Source: Geopsychrobacteraceae bacterium (lineage in GTDB: Bacteria; Desulfobacterota; Desulfuromonadia; Desulfuromonadales; Geopsychrobacteraceae). From it: 64,000 bases of DNA. The notes under the pieces were generated by a model. It had not been told where the DNA came from. It ran no database searches and saw only the letters and a program-made list of their open reading frames with translations. Positions within the stretch are counted from its first letter, which is position 1. Each line of letters opens with the position of its first letter. The position numbers and the translations under genes are program-made. Shown here piece after piece: positions 30,381 to 39,845 of the stretch. Location: positions 64,001-128,000 of the forward strand of contig CAXXTB010000002.1 of assembly GCA_963676795.2 (NCBI GenBank), written 5' to 3'.

Positions 30381-31640
30381 ATGGCAAAACTTAAAGATCT
30401 GGAAGAATACCGCGCTGAGATCGAACAGTGCGTCAAGTGCGGCGCCTGTCGGGCCCATTGCCCGGCTTTTGGCGCGGTCAAGCATGAAGGGCGGGTGGCC
30501 CGTGGCAAGATTGCCCTGGCCGACTCACTGCTCAAGGGTGACATCGACCTCGAGGAGCGTTTTCTCCTCGATATGTCGCAGTGTCTGCTCTGTGGCAGCT
30601 GCTACGGGCAGTGCCCGAACAAGGTCAAGACCGAGGATATCGTTGCGGCAACCCGGCGCGAGATCGCCAAGCGCAAAGGCTTGTCGACCTTTGGTAAGGG
30701 GGTGTCGACCGTTCTCAAACACCAGGGGTTGATGAATACCCTGGCCAAGAGTGGTGCGGCCTTTTCCAAGCTGCTGTTCAAGAAGGTTCCCGAAGGGAGC
30801 GGTCTGCGTCTGCGCTTCCCGGCCCCCTTCATCAGCTCCGACCGGACCCTGCCGCCGCTGACCGCTAAGCCATTCCGCGAGCGTCATCCCGAGGTCATCG
30901 AGGGAGAGGCTGGTGCGCCGCGCGTCCTGTTCTTCACCGGTTGTGGTATCAACTACATGTACCCGGACAGTGGCGAGGCCCTGCTCAAGGCGCTTAAGTT
31001 TCTCGGCGTGACGGTGATTATTCCCAAGGATCAGCAGTGCTGCGGTCTGCCCGCGGTTTCCGCCGGAGCGGCCGCTACTGTCGAGTCACTGGCTGAAAAC
31101 AACCTGGCGATGTTTGCCAGACATGACTACGATTATATCGTTACCGCCTGTGCGTCCTGCCATTCCGGCCTGACTCAGATCTACCCGGATATGGGCGAAG
31201 AGTTTGGCGCACTTAAGGACAAGGTCCGTGACATCTTTGTCTTCCTGGTCGAGCAGGGGCTGCCGGATAAACTGAACGCACTGCCGAAGGCCGCTTCGCC
31301 GCTCAAGGTGACCTATCACGATCCCTGTCACCTGCGGAATCACGGCATCACCAAACAGCCGCGGGCGATTCTCAAGGCCTTGCCGCAGGTCGAATACATC
31401 GAGATGGAAAATGCCGGCAGCTGTTGCGGCCTGGGCGGAACCTATTCGGTCTACCACTACGACACCAGCAAGCTGATCGGTGCGAAAAAGGCCGACAGTA
31501 TTATGTCCAGCGGTGCCGACCTGGTGGCGACCGACTGTCCCGGCTGTATCATGCAGCTGCAGGACAATATCAATCATGCCGGCGGCAAGCAGCAGGCCCT
31601 GCACATTCTCGACCTGCTCGCTGAGGCGCTGCCGGATTGA
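30381..31640 (+). CDS. glcF: Glycolate oxidase Fe-S subunit (2x4Fe-4S + CCG domains)
   Basis: CVKCGACRAHCP, CLLCGSCYGQCP, CCG motifs, YHDPCH, DCPGC. Confidence 0.85.
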   Translation: MAKLKDLEEYRAEIEQCVKCGACRAHCPAFGAVKHEGRVARGKIALADSLLKGDIDLEERFLLDMSQCLLCGSCYGQCPNKVKTEDIVAATRREIAKRKGLSTFGKGVSTVLKHQGLMNTLAKSGAAFSKLLFKKVPEGSGLRLRFPAPFISSDRTLPPLTAKPFRERHPEVIEGEAGAPRVLFFTGCGINYMYPDSGEALLKALKFLGVTVIIPKDQQCCGLPAVSAGAAATVESLAENNLAMFARHDYDYIVTACASCHSGLTQIYPDMGEEFGALKDKVRDIFVFLVEQGLPDKLNALPKAASPLKVTYHDPCHLRNHGITKQPRAILKALPQVEYIEMENAGSCCGLGGTYSVYHYDTSKLIGAKKADSIMSSGADLVATDCPGCIMQLQDNINHAGGKQQALHILDLLAEALPD

Positions 31641-31653
31641 GAAGCTAAAACTG

Positions 31654-31712
31654 ACCCCCCTCAATCCCCCCTATTTTATAGGGGGGAAGCGAGTTTGCGA
31701 GCAGGGGGGTGT
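31654..31712. repeat. Family B palindromic repeat, copy 2 (inverted relative to copies 1 and 3)
   Basis: Near reverse complement of 32658-32718. Confidence 0.85.
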
Positions 31713-31716
31713 TTTT

Positions 31717-31744
31717 CTCTGTGTTCTCAGTGTCTCCGTGGTTC
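31717..31744. repeat. Family C 9-nt-periodic CTCTGYG repeat
   Basis: CTCTGTGTT CTCAGTGT CTCCGTGG. Confidence 0.65.
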
Positions 31745-31823
31745 AGCTTTGATTTCTTGTCTTCTCTTTGAAACTTCCCCTATCTTGGTTAAACTGATCT
31801 GACCATATCGCCAAGGAGCAGAG

Positions 31824-32648
31824 ATGTCACAACCAGAATCATCGTCCCGGTCTATTTTTCGTCATCGACTGCATGAGATTATTTTTGAAGCGGATACCCC
31901 CGGCGGAAAATTGTTCGATGTCGCCCTGATCCTCTGCATCATTTTCAGTGTCATCGTCGTCATGCTCGACAGTGTTGCTTCCATTCAGCGCAGTTATGGA
32001 GCGCTCTTTTATCTGCTCGAATGGGTCTTCACCCTTCTTTTTACCATCGAATATCTTCTGCGCCTCAGCTGTATCGGCCGCCCGCTTAAATACGCCTTGA
32101 GCTTTTACGGCATCGTCGACCTGCTGTCGATCCTGCCGACCTATATCGGTCTCATCCTCGTCTCCGGAAAATACCTTCTGGTCATCAGGATTCTCCGCCT
32201 GCTGCGCGTATTCAGGGTGCTGAAACTGGCCCAGTATGTCGGTGAGTCAAACAATCTGCAGCGCGCCCTGTGGGCCAGTCGGCGAAAGATCTTGGTCTTT
32301 CTGCTTTCAGTCTTCGTGCTGATGATCATCTTCGGCTCGGTAATGTATATTATCGAGGGACCGCAGCGCGGGTTTACCAGTATCCCGCGTTCGATTTACT
32401 GGGCCATCGTGACCATGACGACGGTCGGCTATGGTGATATCTCGCCGCAGACGAGTCTGGGGCAGGCACTGGCTTCGCTGGTGATGATTCTCGGCTATGG
32501 GATTATTGCCATTCCGACCGGAATCGTGACGACCGAGCTGGCTTTCTCAAGGCGGGTGTCGACCCAGGCCTGCCCCCAGTGCGGCAAGGAGGGGCATGAG
32601 TTCGATGCGCGCTTCTGTAAATTCTGCGGAGCGCAGTTGAATTCCTGA
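31824..32648 (+). CDS. Voltage-gated-type potassium channel (ion transporter) with C-terminal zinc ribbon
   Basis: S4-like RILRLLRVFRVLK, TTVGYGD filter, CPQC...FCKFCG. Confidence 0.9.
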   Translation: MSQPESSSRSIFRHRLHEIIFEADTPGGKLFDVALILCIIFSVIVVMLDSVASIQRSYGALFYLLEWVFTLLFTIEYLLRLSCIGRPLKYALSFYGIVDLLSILPTYIGLILVSGKYLLVIRILRLLRVFRVLKLAQYVGESNNLQRALWASRRKILVFLLSVFVLMIIFGSVMYIIEGPQRGFTSIPRSIYWAIVTMTTVGYGDISPQTSLGQALASLVMILGYGIIAIPTGIVTTELAFSRRVSTQACPQCGKEGHEFDARFCKFCGAQLNS

Positions 32649-32657
32649 GGTTAAAAC

Positions 32658-32718
32658 ACACCCCCCTGCTCGTAAACTCGCTTCCCCCCTATTTTATAGG
32701 GGGGATTGAGGGGGGTGT
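32658..32718. repeat. Family B palindromic repeat, copy 3
   Basis: ACCCCCCTGCTCGTAAACTCGCTTCCCCCCTATTTTATAGGGGGGATTGAGGGGGGT. Confidence 0.85.
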
Positions 32719-32733
32719 TTGTATGCAGATTTT

Positions 32734-32762
32734 CTCTGTGTACTCTGCGTCTCTGCGTGAGA
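32734..32762. repeat. Family C repeat
   Basis: CTCTGTGTACTCTGCGTCTCTGCGTGAGA, near-identical to 36391-36419. Confidence 0.8.
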
Positions 32763-32774
32763 ATGCTTTGATAC

Positions 32775-32810
32775 AAAAAAGGCCGACTGAATTGCTTCAG
32801 TCGGCCTTTT
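32775..32810. terminator. Bidirectional intrinsic terminator
   Basis: AAAAGGCCGACTGAA-TTGC-TTCAGTCGGCCTTTT between convergent genes. Confidence 0.85.
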
Positions 32811-32832
32811 CTTATGTTACGAGTCCTTACTC

Positions 32833-34104
32833 TTAGAGCAGGGTGATCTTTTTGGTGCCGGTCAGCGGGATTTCTGGTTGACCACCGTTGTAGACGATAT
32901 CCATTTCGTATGGGAATTTGGTTCCTTTACGCCACTGGCCGCCGACCAGCGGGGTGCCGCTGTAGTGCTCGTCGTTGTAGTCGATCGGGCCGACCATAGT
33001 GTCGAGCTTGGTCTCGGAGATCGCCTTGAGGACAGCTTTCTTCTCGAGGGTGCCGGCACGCTTGAGGGCGTCAGCGATGATCTCGTAGCCAGCGTACTTG
33101 AAGCCGAGCGGTGCAACCCATGGCTTGCCGGTTTCTTCGGTCCAGCGGTCACAGAGTTGCGCAGCGGTCATGCCGTTCAGGGAAGACTGGAACGGATGGA
33201 AGCGGCTCCACCAGTTCTCGCAGAGCAGTCCTTCGCCGAGGCTTTCGCCGATCGCTTCGACGTCGGACGGGAACAGAATCGCCTTGCCGATGGTCGCCAT
33301 CTTAGGTTTGAATCCCTGCTGATGTGCCTGGCGCCAGAAGGTGGAAAAGTCTGGTGGAATCATGATCCCGGCGATGATTTCGACATTTTCCTTTTTGAAC
33401 TTGCTGATGATCGAGCTGAAGTCCTTCAGGCCGTATGGGAACTGGCCCGGGTCAACAACCTTGAAGCCGCGCTCTTTGGCAACCTTGTTGAACAGTGGGT
33501 TGAAGGTGACGCCGTCCGGGTCGGTCTGCCACAGGAAGCCGACGGTTTTGTTGTGCTTGGCGGCCATCTCTTCCCACATACCGAGGTAGACGTTGATGAT
33601 CCCTTCATTGGTCCAGTGCGCATGGTAGCACCAGTCGTAAGGGCCACCGGACAGCCAGGCGCCGACCGGAGCATCCAGGGAGACGCATGGGATTTCGAAG
33701 TTGTCGCACATTGCGGAGACCGGAGCAACGGTGTCCGGGGTGTGGAGAACGAGCATGATGTCGACTTCGTCCTTGAGGATCAGTTTCTGGGCAACTTCAC
33801 CAGCCAGGGTCGGGCTGGACTGGGTGTCGACCAGTTTGATCTGGACCGGAAGTTTCTTGCCGGCTTCTTTGATGTAGATACCGCCGTCTTTGTTGATCGC
33901 TTCCAGGGCGATCTTGTCAACCCATGGAGTGGCTTCGCCGAAAGAGGCGAGCGGGCCGGTTGACGGGTTCGGGCGACCGATCAGGATGTAACCACGCTTG
34001 GCGGCACGAGCCATGGCCGGCTTCAGCAGGCCGGCGGTACCCAGAGCTGCACCGCTGACAGCCATATTTTTCAGAAAATTGCGGCGTGAGATGTTTTTGC
34101 TCAT
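32833..34104 (-). CDS. Tat-exported ABC transporter substrate-binding protein (LivJ/LivK-like family)
   Basis: SRRNFLK twin-Arg signal, TGPLASFG, DTQSSP. Confidence 0.8.
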   Translation of the reverse strand: MSKNISRRNFLKNMAVSGAALGTAGLLKPAMARAAKRGYILIGRPNPSTGPLASFGEATPWVDKIALEAINKDGGIYIKEAGKKLPVQIKLVDTQSSPTLAGEVAQKLILKDEVDIMLVLHTPDTVAPVSAMCDNFEIPCVSLDAPVGAWLSGGPYDWCYHAHWTNEGIINVYLGMWEEMAAKHNKTVGFLWQTDPDGVTFNPLFNKVAKERGFKVVDPGQFPYGLKDFSSIISKFKKENVEIIAGIMIPPDFSTFWRQAHQQGFKPKMATIGKAILFPSDVEAIGESLGEGLLCENWWSRFHPFQSSLNGMTAAQLCDRWTEETGKPWVAPLGFKYAGYEIIADALKRAGTLEKKAVLKAISETKLDTMVGPIDYNDEHYSGTPLVGGQWRKGTKFPYEMDIVYNGGQPEIPLTGTKKITLL

Positions 34105-34358
34105 GATTGACCTCTCTTGTCTCGTATAGAGTTCGAAGGATAATCGTCCGCAACAGTGGTTCTTTAAGTGTGTTGCGGGTTCCGATAAACGAATTAACGT
34201 TACATATATAACAACAACATTTCATATAGCACAAATGCACAGTTGCAGACAAGTGAAAATGCTATTCCATGACTTTTTCAGTCAAGAATCGGGTTGGTGA
34301 TGATTGTGCGGAACAGATTGTGAATCTGGTGGTAGATAGGAGCACTGGGAGGGTAGAT

Positions 34359-34387
34359 GAAAAAGGCGCGGCCTGTTGGCCCGCGCC
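34359..34387 (-). terminator. Probable terminator after uup
   Basis: Minus strand GGCGCGG...CCGCGCC followed by TTTTT. Confidence 0.55.
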
Positions 34388-34390
34388 ATA

Positions 34391-34418
34391 TCTGAAATAT
34401 GAGATTTGAAATATGAAA
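34391..34418. repeat. Heptamer tandem tract (family D)
   Basis: TCTGAAA TATGAGA TTTGAAA TATGAAA. Confidence 0.65.
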
Positions 34419-34437
34419 TCGCACTGCGAGCAGTGCG

Positions 34438-36213
34438 TCATTCGGCAATCTTTTCAAGTTCGTCCCAGCGCAGGTAAGACATTTCCAGCTCAGCTTCGAT
34501 GTTTTCAAGACGTGCTTTGAGCTGTCCGATCAGCTCCGGGTTGTCCCTGTAGCTGGCTGGATCGGCCATTTTTTCATGGATATCCTGCTGTTCCTGCTCC
34601 AGGGTTTCGATGCGCAGCGGCAGCTCCTCGAGTTCCCGTTTCTCCCTGAAGCTCAGCTTGCGCGCCCGTTCCTTGCGCGGCTGGGCAGGGGCTTTCTCTT
34701 TCTTGACGACAGGAGCAGCCGGTTGCTTCAGGGCTTGCCAGTCGTCGTAACCGCCGATGATTTCTTCGATACTGCCATTTTCACCGAAGATCAGTGAACT
34801 GGTAACCACATCGTTGAGGAAGCTCCGGTCGTGGCTGACCAGCAGGACTGTGCCCTTGTAGTCGAGCAGCAGTTCTTCGAGCAGATCGAGGGTCTCCATG
34901 TCGAGGTCGTTGGTCGGCTCATCGAGGATCAGCAGGTTGGCCGGACGGGTGAATAGTTTGGCCAGCAACAGGCGGTTCTTTTCTCCCCCTGAGAGAACCT
35001 TGACCGGTGTCCTGGCCCGTTCCGGGGTGAAGAGGAAATCCTGCAAGTAGCCGTAGATGTGACGCGGCTTGTCGCCGATGATGACCTGGTCGTGGTCGTC
35101 GGCGATGTTCTGTTTGACCGTGCGGTCTTCATCCAGCTGATCACGCATCTGATCAAAGTAGGCGATCTGCAGGTTGGTGCCGTGGCGCAGCGTTCCTTCT
35201 GTCGGCATAAGAGCACCAGTCAGCAGCTTGAGCAGGGTCGACTTGCCGCTGCCATTGGGGCCGATCATGCCGATCCGGTCGCCGCGCATGACGCGCAGGT
35301 TGAGCCCGCTGAAAATCTGTTTGTCGCCGTAGGAGAAGCCCAATTCCTTGGCTTCGAGCACCAGCTGGCCGCTGCGCGAAGCCTCTTCCAGCTGCATCTT
35401 GACATTGCCGGTCCGTTCGCGGCGTTGACGACGCTCTTCGCGCATTTTGAGCAGATCGCGGACACGTCCCATGTTGCGGGTCCGGCGCGCCTTGATCCCT
35501 TTGCGGATCCAGACCTCTTCTTCGGCCAGTTTCTGGTCGAAGCGGGCCCACTCCTTCTCTTCGGCATTGAGAACATCCTGGCGGCGTTCCAGGTAGGTTG
35601 CGTAGGTACAGCGATAATCCTGAATCCGCCCGCGGTCGAGCTCGATAATCCGGGTCGCCAGTGCTTTGGCAAAGGCCCGGTCGTGGCTGATGAACATCAG
35701 GGTTTTACGCAGCCGCAGGAGGAAAGTCTCCAGCCAGAGAATCGCTTCGATGTCGAGGTGGTTGGTCGGTTCGTCGAGCAGGATCAGGTCGGGATCCTGC
35801 ACCAGGGCAGCCGCCAGCAGGACGCGGCGTTGCTGACCACCGGAGAGATTCTCGACCCTGTCATCGCCGTTGAGGTCGAGCTGACTCAGGGTCTGTTCAA
35901 TCTGAACTGAGACCATATGCTTTTCAATATTCCGGGAGGTCAGACTGTTCGCCAGGTAGTCGCTGATTGTACCTGTCCAGTCGGAGGGGAACTCCTGGGG
36001 GACGTAGGCGGTAATGACCCCCTGGCGGCGGATGATATCGCCTGAATCGGGTTTGATGTCGCCGTTGATCAGGTGCATCAGAGTCGACTTGCCGGCACCG
36101 TTACGTCCGAGCAGGCAGATCCGGTCGCCTTCTTCGATCTGGACGCAGGCATTGTCAAGCAGCGGAGGTCCGCCGTAGGCGTGGGTGATGTCTTTTAATG
36201 TCAGTAGATTCAT
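34438..36213 (-). CDS. uup: ABC-F ATPase Uup
   Basis: Two ABC domains (GRNGAGKS, GPNGSGKS, LSGG, DEPTN), WIRKGIKARRTRN linker, KLSFREKREL coiled-coil tail. Confidence 0.88.
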   Translation of the reverse strand: MNLLTLKDITHAYGGPPLLDNACVQIEEGDRICLLGRNGAGKSTLMHLINGDIKPDSGDIIRRQGVITAYVPQEFPSDWTGTISDYLANSLTSRNIEKHMVSVQIEQTLSQLDLNGDDRVENLSGGQQRRVLLAAALVQDPDLILLDEPTNHLDIEAILWLETFLLRLRKTLMFISHDRAFAKALATRIIELDRGRIQDYRCTYATYLERRQDVLNAEEKEWARFDQKLAEEEVWIRKGIKARRTRNMGRVRDLLKMREERRQRRERTGNVKMQLEEASRSGQLVLEAKELGFSYGDKQIFSGLNLRVMRGDRIGMIGPNGSGKSTLLKLLTGALMPTEGTLRHGTNLQIAYFDQMRDQLDEDRTVKQNIADDHDQVIIGDKPRHIYGYLQDFLFTPERARTPVKVLSGGEKNRLLLAKLFTRPANLLILDEPTNDLDMETLDLLEELLLDYKGTVLLVSHDRSFLNDVVTSSLIFGENGSIEEIIGGYDDWQALKQPAAPVVKKEKAPAQPRKERARKLSFREKRELEELPLRIETLEQEQQDIHEKMADPASYRDNPELIGQLKARLENIEAELEMSYLRWDELEKIAE

Positions 36214-36226
36214 ATTTAATTGAAAC

Positions 36227-36422
36227 CAATCTCACGCCCGTTCACTGGGCTCACTCGAGACGCAGAGGACGCTGAGAATAGCCGATAGTAAAAAAATGTC
36301 TGGAGAGTCGGTCTTGAGCCGGAATTTTCCGCATCAATAACTAAAACCAGGCTTTTGTACAGATGTCTGAATGAACTGATTAGGGTTCTCCTCTGTGTTC
36401 TCTGCGCCTCTGCGTGAGATTG
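36227..36422. mobile_element. MITE/REPIN-like element formed by two inverted family C repeats
   Basis: Perfect 11-bp terminal IR CAATCTCACGC / GCGTGAGATTG; inner GAGACGCAGAGGACGCTGAG versus CTCTGTGTTCTCTGCGCCTC. Confidence 0.6.
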
Positions 36423-36425
36423 CCT

Positions 36426-38126
36426 TTAAGGCATTTCGATAATGACGATATTGGAGCGACCGCGTTGCAGGACATTGCTGCTCTTGTAGCGGATCGCCAT
36501 AACGATTTCCTTCTCACCGTCATTGTCGGCATCGGCAACTGCGAAGTCCGCAAGGTAGCCGCCCTGGTAAGCCGTTTTCCACAGTTCCTGCATCTGCTTG
36601 CCGTCCCATTTCAGGGCGATCAGGTTGTTGCCGTCAAAATCTCGGTATCTTTCAAGTGCGCGGGTCCCCTCGTTCTGAAGAGCCAGAACCTGTCCCGCAC
36701 CAAGAGAGAGGATACGTTTGCCGATATAGGTCGGAGGAACCATTTCACTATTTTTGTCAGGTGCGATGTAGAAGAATTCTTCCGTACCGCCGATCTTTTC
36801 CGCAGAGTCCCAGAGCTCGTCACCTTCTTCTGTCGCAACATAAAGGTGATCATCGTTTGATGTGAAGGTCAGCAGCGAACCGTCGTCGGCAACAAGGGTG
36901 TTGAAGCTGAACATGTTGGCTTTAAAGGGCAGGCTGATATCATCACCTTTTACAAGTTTGTCGCCATTGCGTTGGACCTTGAAGGGAGAACCGGCAAAGA
37001 AGTTCTCCTTGTTGCCGGCTTTCTGGCCGACGAGGTATTTGCCCTGATGAGGATTTTCTACAACCCGCAGGTACCAGTCGATCCCCTTGATGCTTCTCTC
37101 ATAGTGACCATTGATATATTCGACACATTGAGAATAGAGCGAATAGTCGTTTGCCGCTGTCAGGTAGATTTCTTCGCGACCATCGCTCGTCAGGTCGATA
37201 CTGTCGATACTTAACAGCTTGGTTTTGCCGGGAAATTCGATGCTGTCGAGCAGGTCAAAATCACCGGAGGTCATGCGGTAGATAGCGATGCTGTTTCGGT
37301 AGGCAACTGCGATCTCCAGTTGGCCGTCACCGTCAAGATCGGCGCTGATCATCCCGATCGGATTGTCCTTGAGGTTGGGGCTCAGCCACAGATCGCCACG
37401 GGCGATCTGCTGCGAGCGGATGATCCCTGGATTTTCCAGGCGGTTGTCCTTGCCGATGCTCGCATTGCCAAGGACCCCTTCCAGGGCCTTCTGCAGGATT
37501 TTTGGCTCGCTCTTGGTCGGTATTGCAGTTGGCCGCGGGGCAACCTCTGTGACTGTCTCGATAGCTGATGTGCTGTCCATGTAGGTGCGGACTGAGGTGC
37601 CGTCGGCCGTGGTGACCAGCAGGCTGTCCTCCTTGATTTCAAAGGTCAGGAGCGCAGCTTCCGCACCTGAACCTGACAGCCAGTCGAGTTGAGGCAGGGT
37701 CTGTTTCAGCTGTTCTGAAAGGGCCGGATCGTTGCTCATGATCGTCGCCGGGACCTGTTCGAAACGCTTGACGCTGTCCCCTTTTTTTAAGGGGACGTCG
37801 CTACTGAGCAGTTTGGCGTAGGAGTAGCCGCTCTGCAGGCGGGTCACCTGAAGGAAGCCGTGAATCTCATCCAGGCTGCCCAGAACTTCCTTACTGACCG
37901 GGTGGATGATCTTCTCTCCCGGGCTGACGAAGGTCAGGATGTCCCCTTCGGCAAGGCCAGAGGTCGCATCGAGATCAATCAGGTATTCGTTACCCACCGG
38001 CATGATGACCAGGCCGGAGAGGGATGAAAAATCCTTCTTGAGCTGACCGGCGATATCGGCATTGGCGAGGGAGATAAAAGACAGGGACAGGATCAGGGCA
38101 GTCAGAACGTAGCGAAAAAATCTCAT
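36426..38126 (-). CDS. Secreted FG-GAP/VCBS repeat protein
   Basis: Signal peptide; ADLDGDGQLEI, IDLTSDGREEI, ADADNDGEKEI. Confidence 0.75.
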   Translation of the reverse strand: MRFFRYVLTALILSLSFISLANADIAGQLKKDFSSLSGLVIMPVGNEYLIDLDATSGLAEGDILTFVSPGEKIIHPVSKEVLGSLDEIHGFLQVTRLQSGYSYAKLLSSDVPLKKGDSVKRFEQVPATIMSNDPALSEQLKQTLPQLDWLSGSGAEAALLTFEIKEDSLLVTTADGTSVRTYMDSTSAIETVTEVAPRPTAIPTKSEPKILQKALEGVLGNASIGKDNRLENPGIIRSQQIARGDLWLSPNLKDNPIGMISADLDGDGQLEIAVAYRNSIAIYRMTSGDFDLLDSIEFPGKTKLLSIDSIDLTSDGREEIYLTAANDYSLYSQCVEYINGHYERSIKGIDWYLRVVENPHQGKYLVGQKAGNKENFFAGSPFKVQRNGDKLVKGDDISLPFKANMFSFNTLVADDGSLLTFTSNDDHLYVATEEGDELWDSAEKIGGTEEFFYIAPDKNSEMVPPTYIGKRILSLGAGQVLALQNEGTRALERYRDFDGNNLIALKWDGKQMQELWKTAYQGGYLADFAVADADNDGEKEIVMAIRYKSSNVLQRGRSNIVIIEMP

Positions 38127-38269
38127 GAGATATCCATGCTCTTCAATGGGAACGGAAATGTCTTCAAGGGTTCGGTATCTTACCCTGTTTGTCGTTTAAA
38201 AAAAAGTTGAAATGCGTTTCTGAATGGTTGGCGAGGTGCAGTTGTTATTGAGGGTCTTGCTTTGAATAT

Positions 38270-38300
38270 AAAAAAGCCCGTTGCCGGAGCAACGGGCTTT
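38270..38300 (-). terminator. Intrinsic terminator of the porin-like gene
   Basis: GCCCGTTGC-CGGA-GCAACGGGC with an A-run (U-tract on minus strand). Confidence 0.85.
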
Positions 38301-38323
38301 AATTTCATCAGAATTCTAACGAA

Positions 38324-39628
38324 TTAGAACTTGATTTCGAGCAGGCACTCAGCACTGACCCACTGGTCTTCCAGGCCAAGAGCATCGCCATTGTCGTTTA
38401 CGTCCCAAGCAACATACTGACCCTGGATGGCAACTTGGACGTTGTCAACCAGCATGTGGCTGATACCGGCGTTAGCAACGATAGCGGAGTCAGCGATTGC
38501 GAACTCGTCGTCAGCTGGAACAGCGTAAGCAATGGAACCGGTAACGTCGGTTTTGGCAGCAACAGCAGCTTTGGCGAAGATTTGACCAGCCATGACACCG
38601 GAACCGTTAACCTGTGCTGCAGGGATAGCGAATGCTGGTGCACCTGGAGCAATATTGATGGCGTTGAAGATGTCGTATACGCGGCCACCGAAGAGCAGGT
38701 CTTCGTCTTGGAGAGGACCGCGGCTCAGGTAGTCACCGTCGCCGAAAGCCTGGCCGATAGCGGTGATTTGAGCTTCGTCGCTGTCAGTATCAGCGCCGTA
38801 GTAGAGGCCGGCACCAACTTCAACGGTTTCAGAAACAGCCATGGTGGCTTCGGCGGCAGCTTCGATACCTTTAGCGTCTACAGTGTCGCTGACTTCGCCG
38901 GTGAAGTAAGCTACACCAGCCATCAGTTTGACAACGTCGAGGTCGAAGTGACCCCAAGCAAAAGCGGAGGTGATAGCGTAATCAGAGCTTCCACCTTCAG
39001 CCATGTGGTGACCAACGCTCAGCTCGACTGGACCGAGGTTGACAGCAGCCATCAGCAGGACGGTGTCTTGGTTGTCGTATGCAGTAGAGGAGGCAACCAG
39101 GCTGTCCTGATCGCCGTCGCCATCGTAGTCAGCTACAGTGTAGGTAGTAGTGGAGCCTTCGTTGTTGTTGCGCAGGAAGGCTGCAACAGTGACAGGAACG
39201 TCTTTCAGAGCAACTTTCAGACCGGTGCTTTGTGCAGCGGTACCGTGGAACAGCGGGCCACCGATGCCCCACTGGAAGGAGCCAATGGTGATGGTTGCAG
39301 GGTCGAGAGCGATAACTGCAAATGCGCGGTCGGTATCAGCAGCGTTGCCTTGGTCCTGAAACAGACGACCCATGGTGTTGTCACCCCAGTTGCCGTCACT
39401 GAAGTCGGTACGCCAATTAACGGTGACGCGGTCAGTTGGCTTGAAGCTGGCTGCGATACGCAGGCGCTGGGTAACGCCCATGTAGGTGTCGTCGCCATCG
39501 GTTGCATCCTGGTAGATGCCTTCGAAACGCAGTTCGCCGCCGAGGGTGAATGAACCGGCTGCGAATGCAGGTGCCGCGATTGCGACGGCCGCTACGAGAG
39601 CGACGAGGACTTTCATGAACTTGCTCAT
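38324..39628 (-). CDS. Putative major outer-membrane beta-barrel porin
   Basis: Signal peptide ending PAFA, F-x-L-G-G-E-L-R first strand, C-terminal Phe, codon usage suggesting high expression. Confidence 0.7.
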   Translation of the reverse strand: MSKFMKVLVALVAAVAIAAPAFAAGSFTLGGELRFEGIYQDATDGDDTYMGVTQRLRIAASFKPTDRVTVNWRTDFSDGNWGDNTMGRLFQDQGNAADTDRAFAVIALDPATITIGSFQWGIGGPLFHGTAAQSTGLKVALKDVPVTVAAFLRNNNEGSTTTYTVADYDGDGDQDSLVASSTAYDNQDTVLLMAAVNLGPVELSVGHHMAEGGSSDYAITSAFAWGHFDLDVVKLMAGVAYFTGEVSDTVDAKGIEAAAEATMAVSETVEVGAGLYYGADTDSDEAQITAIGQAFGDGDYLSRGPLQDEDLLFGGRVYDIFNAINIAPGAPAFAIPAAQVNGSGVMAGQIFAKAAVAAKTDVTGSIAYAVPADDEFAIADSAIVANAGISHMLVDNVQVAIQGQYVAWDVNDNGDALGLEDQWVSAECLLEIKF

Positions 39629-39828
39629 ACTTTGTTACCTCCTCTAGGTAAAGAAAAGTGCCGAACAATTCGGCGTTGAACAAATGGCTGTGCAGGCAGC
39701 CAAACAAAACAGGGTACAGTATACAAATTTAAGCCGGCTTTACCAGTGCAATAATGCAAGCACGGTTAATTTTTATTCTGTCTTCATAAAATACAAATAT
39801 AAAACTGAAGGACCTCGCCAAATCACTA

Positions 39829-39845
39829 AGCAGGTAGCGTGCCAA
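39829..39845 (-). promoter_or_regulatory. sigma-54 -24/-12 promoter of the porin-like gene
   Basis: Minus strand TTGGCAC-GCTAC-CTGCT. Confidence 0.7.

Noticed and set aside
30279..32762. Repeated palindromes as a possible CRISPR array
   Set aside because: Copies are separated by whole genes, vary in orientation, have no regular spacers, and no cas genes are present
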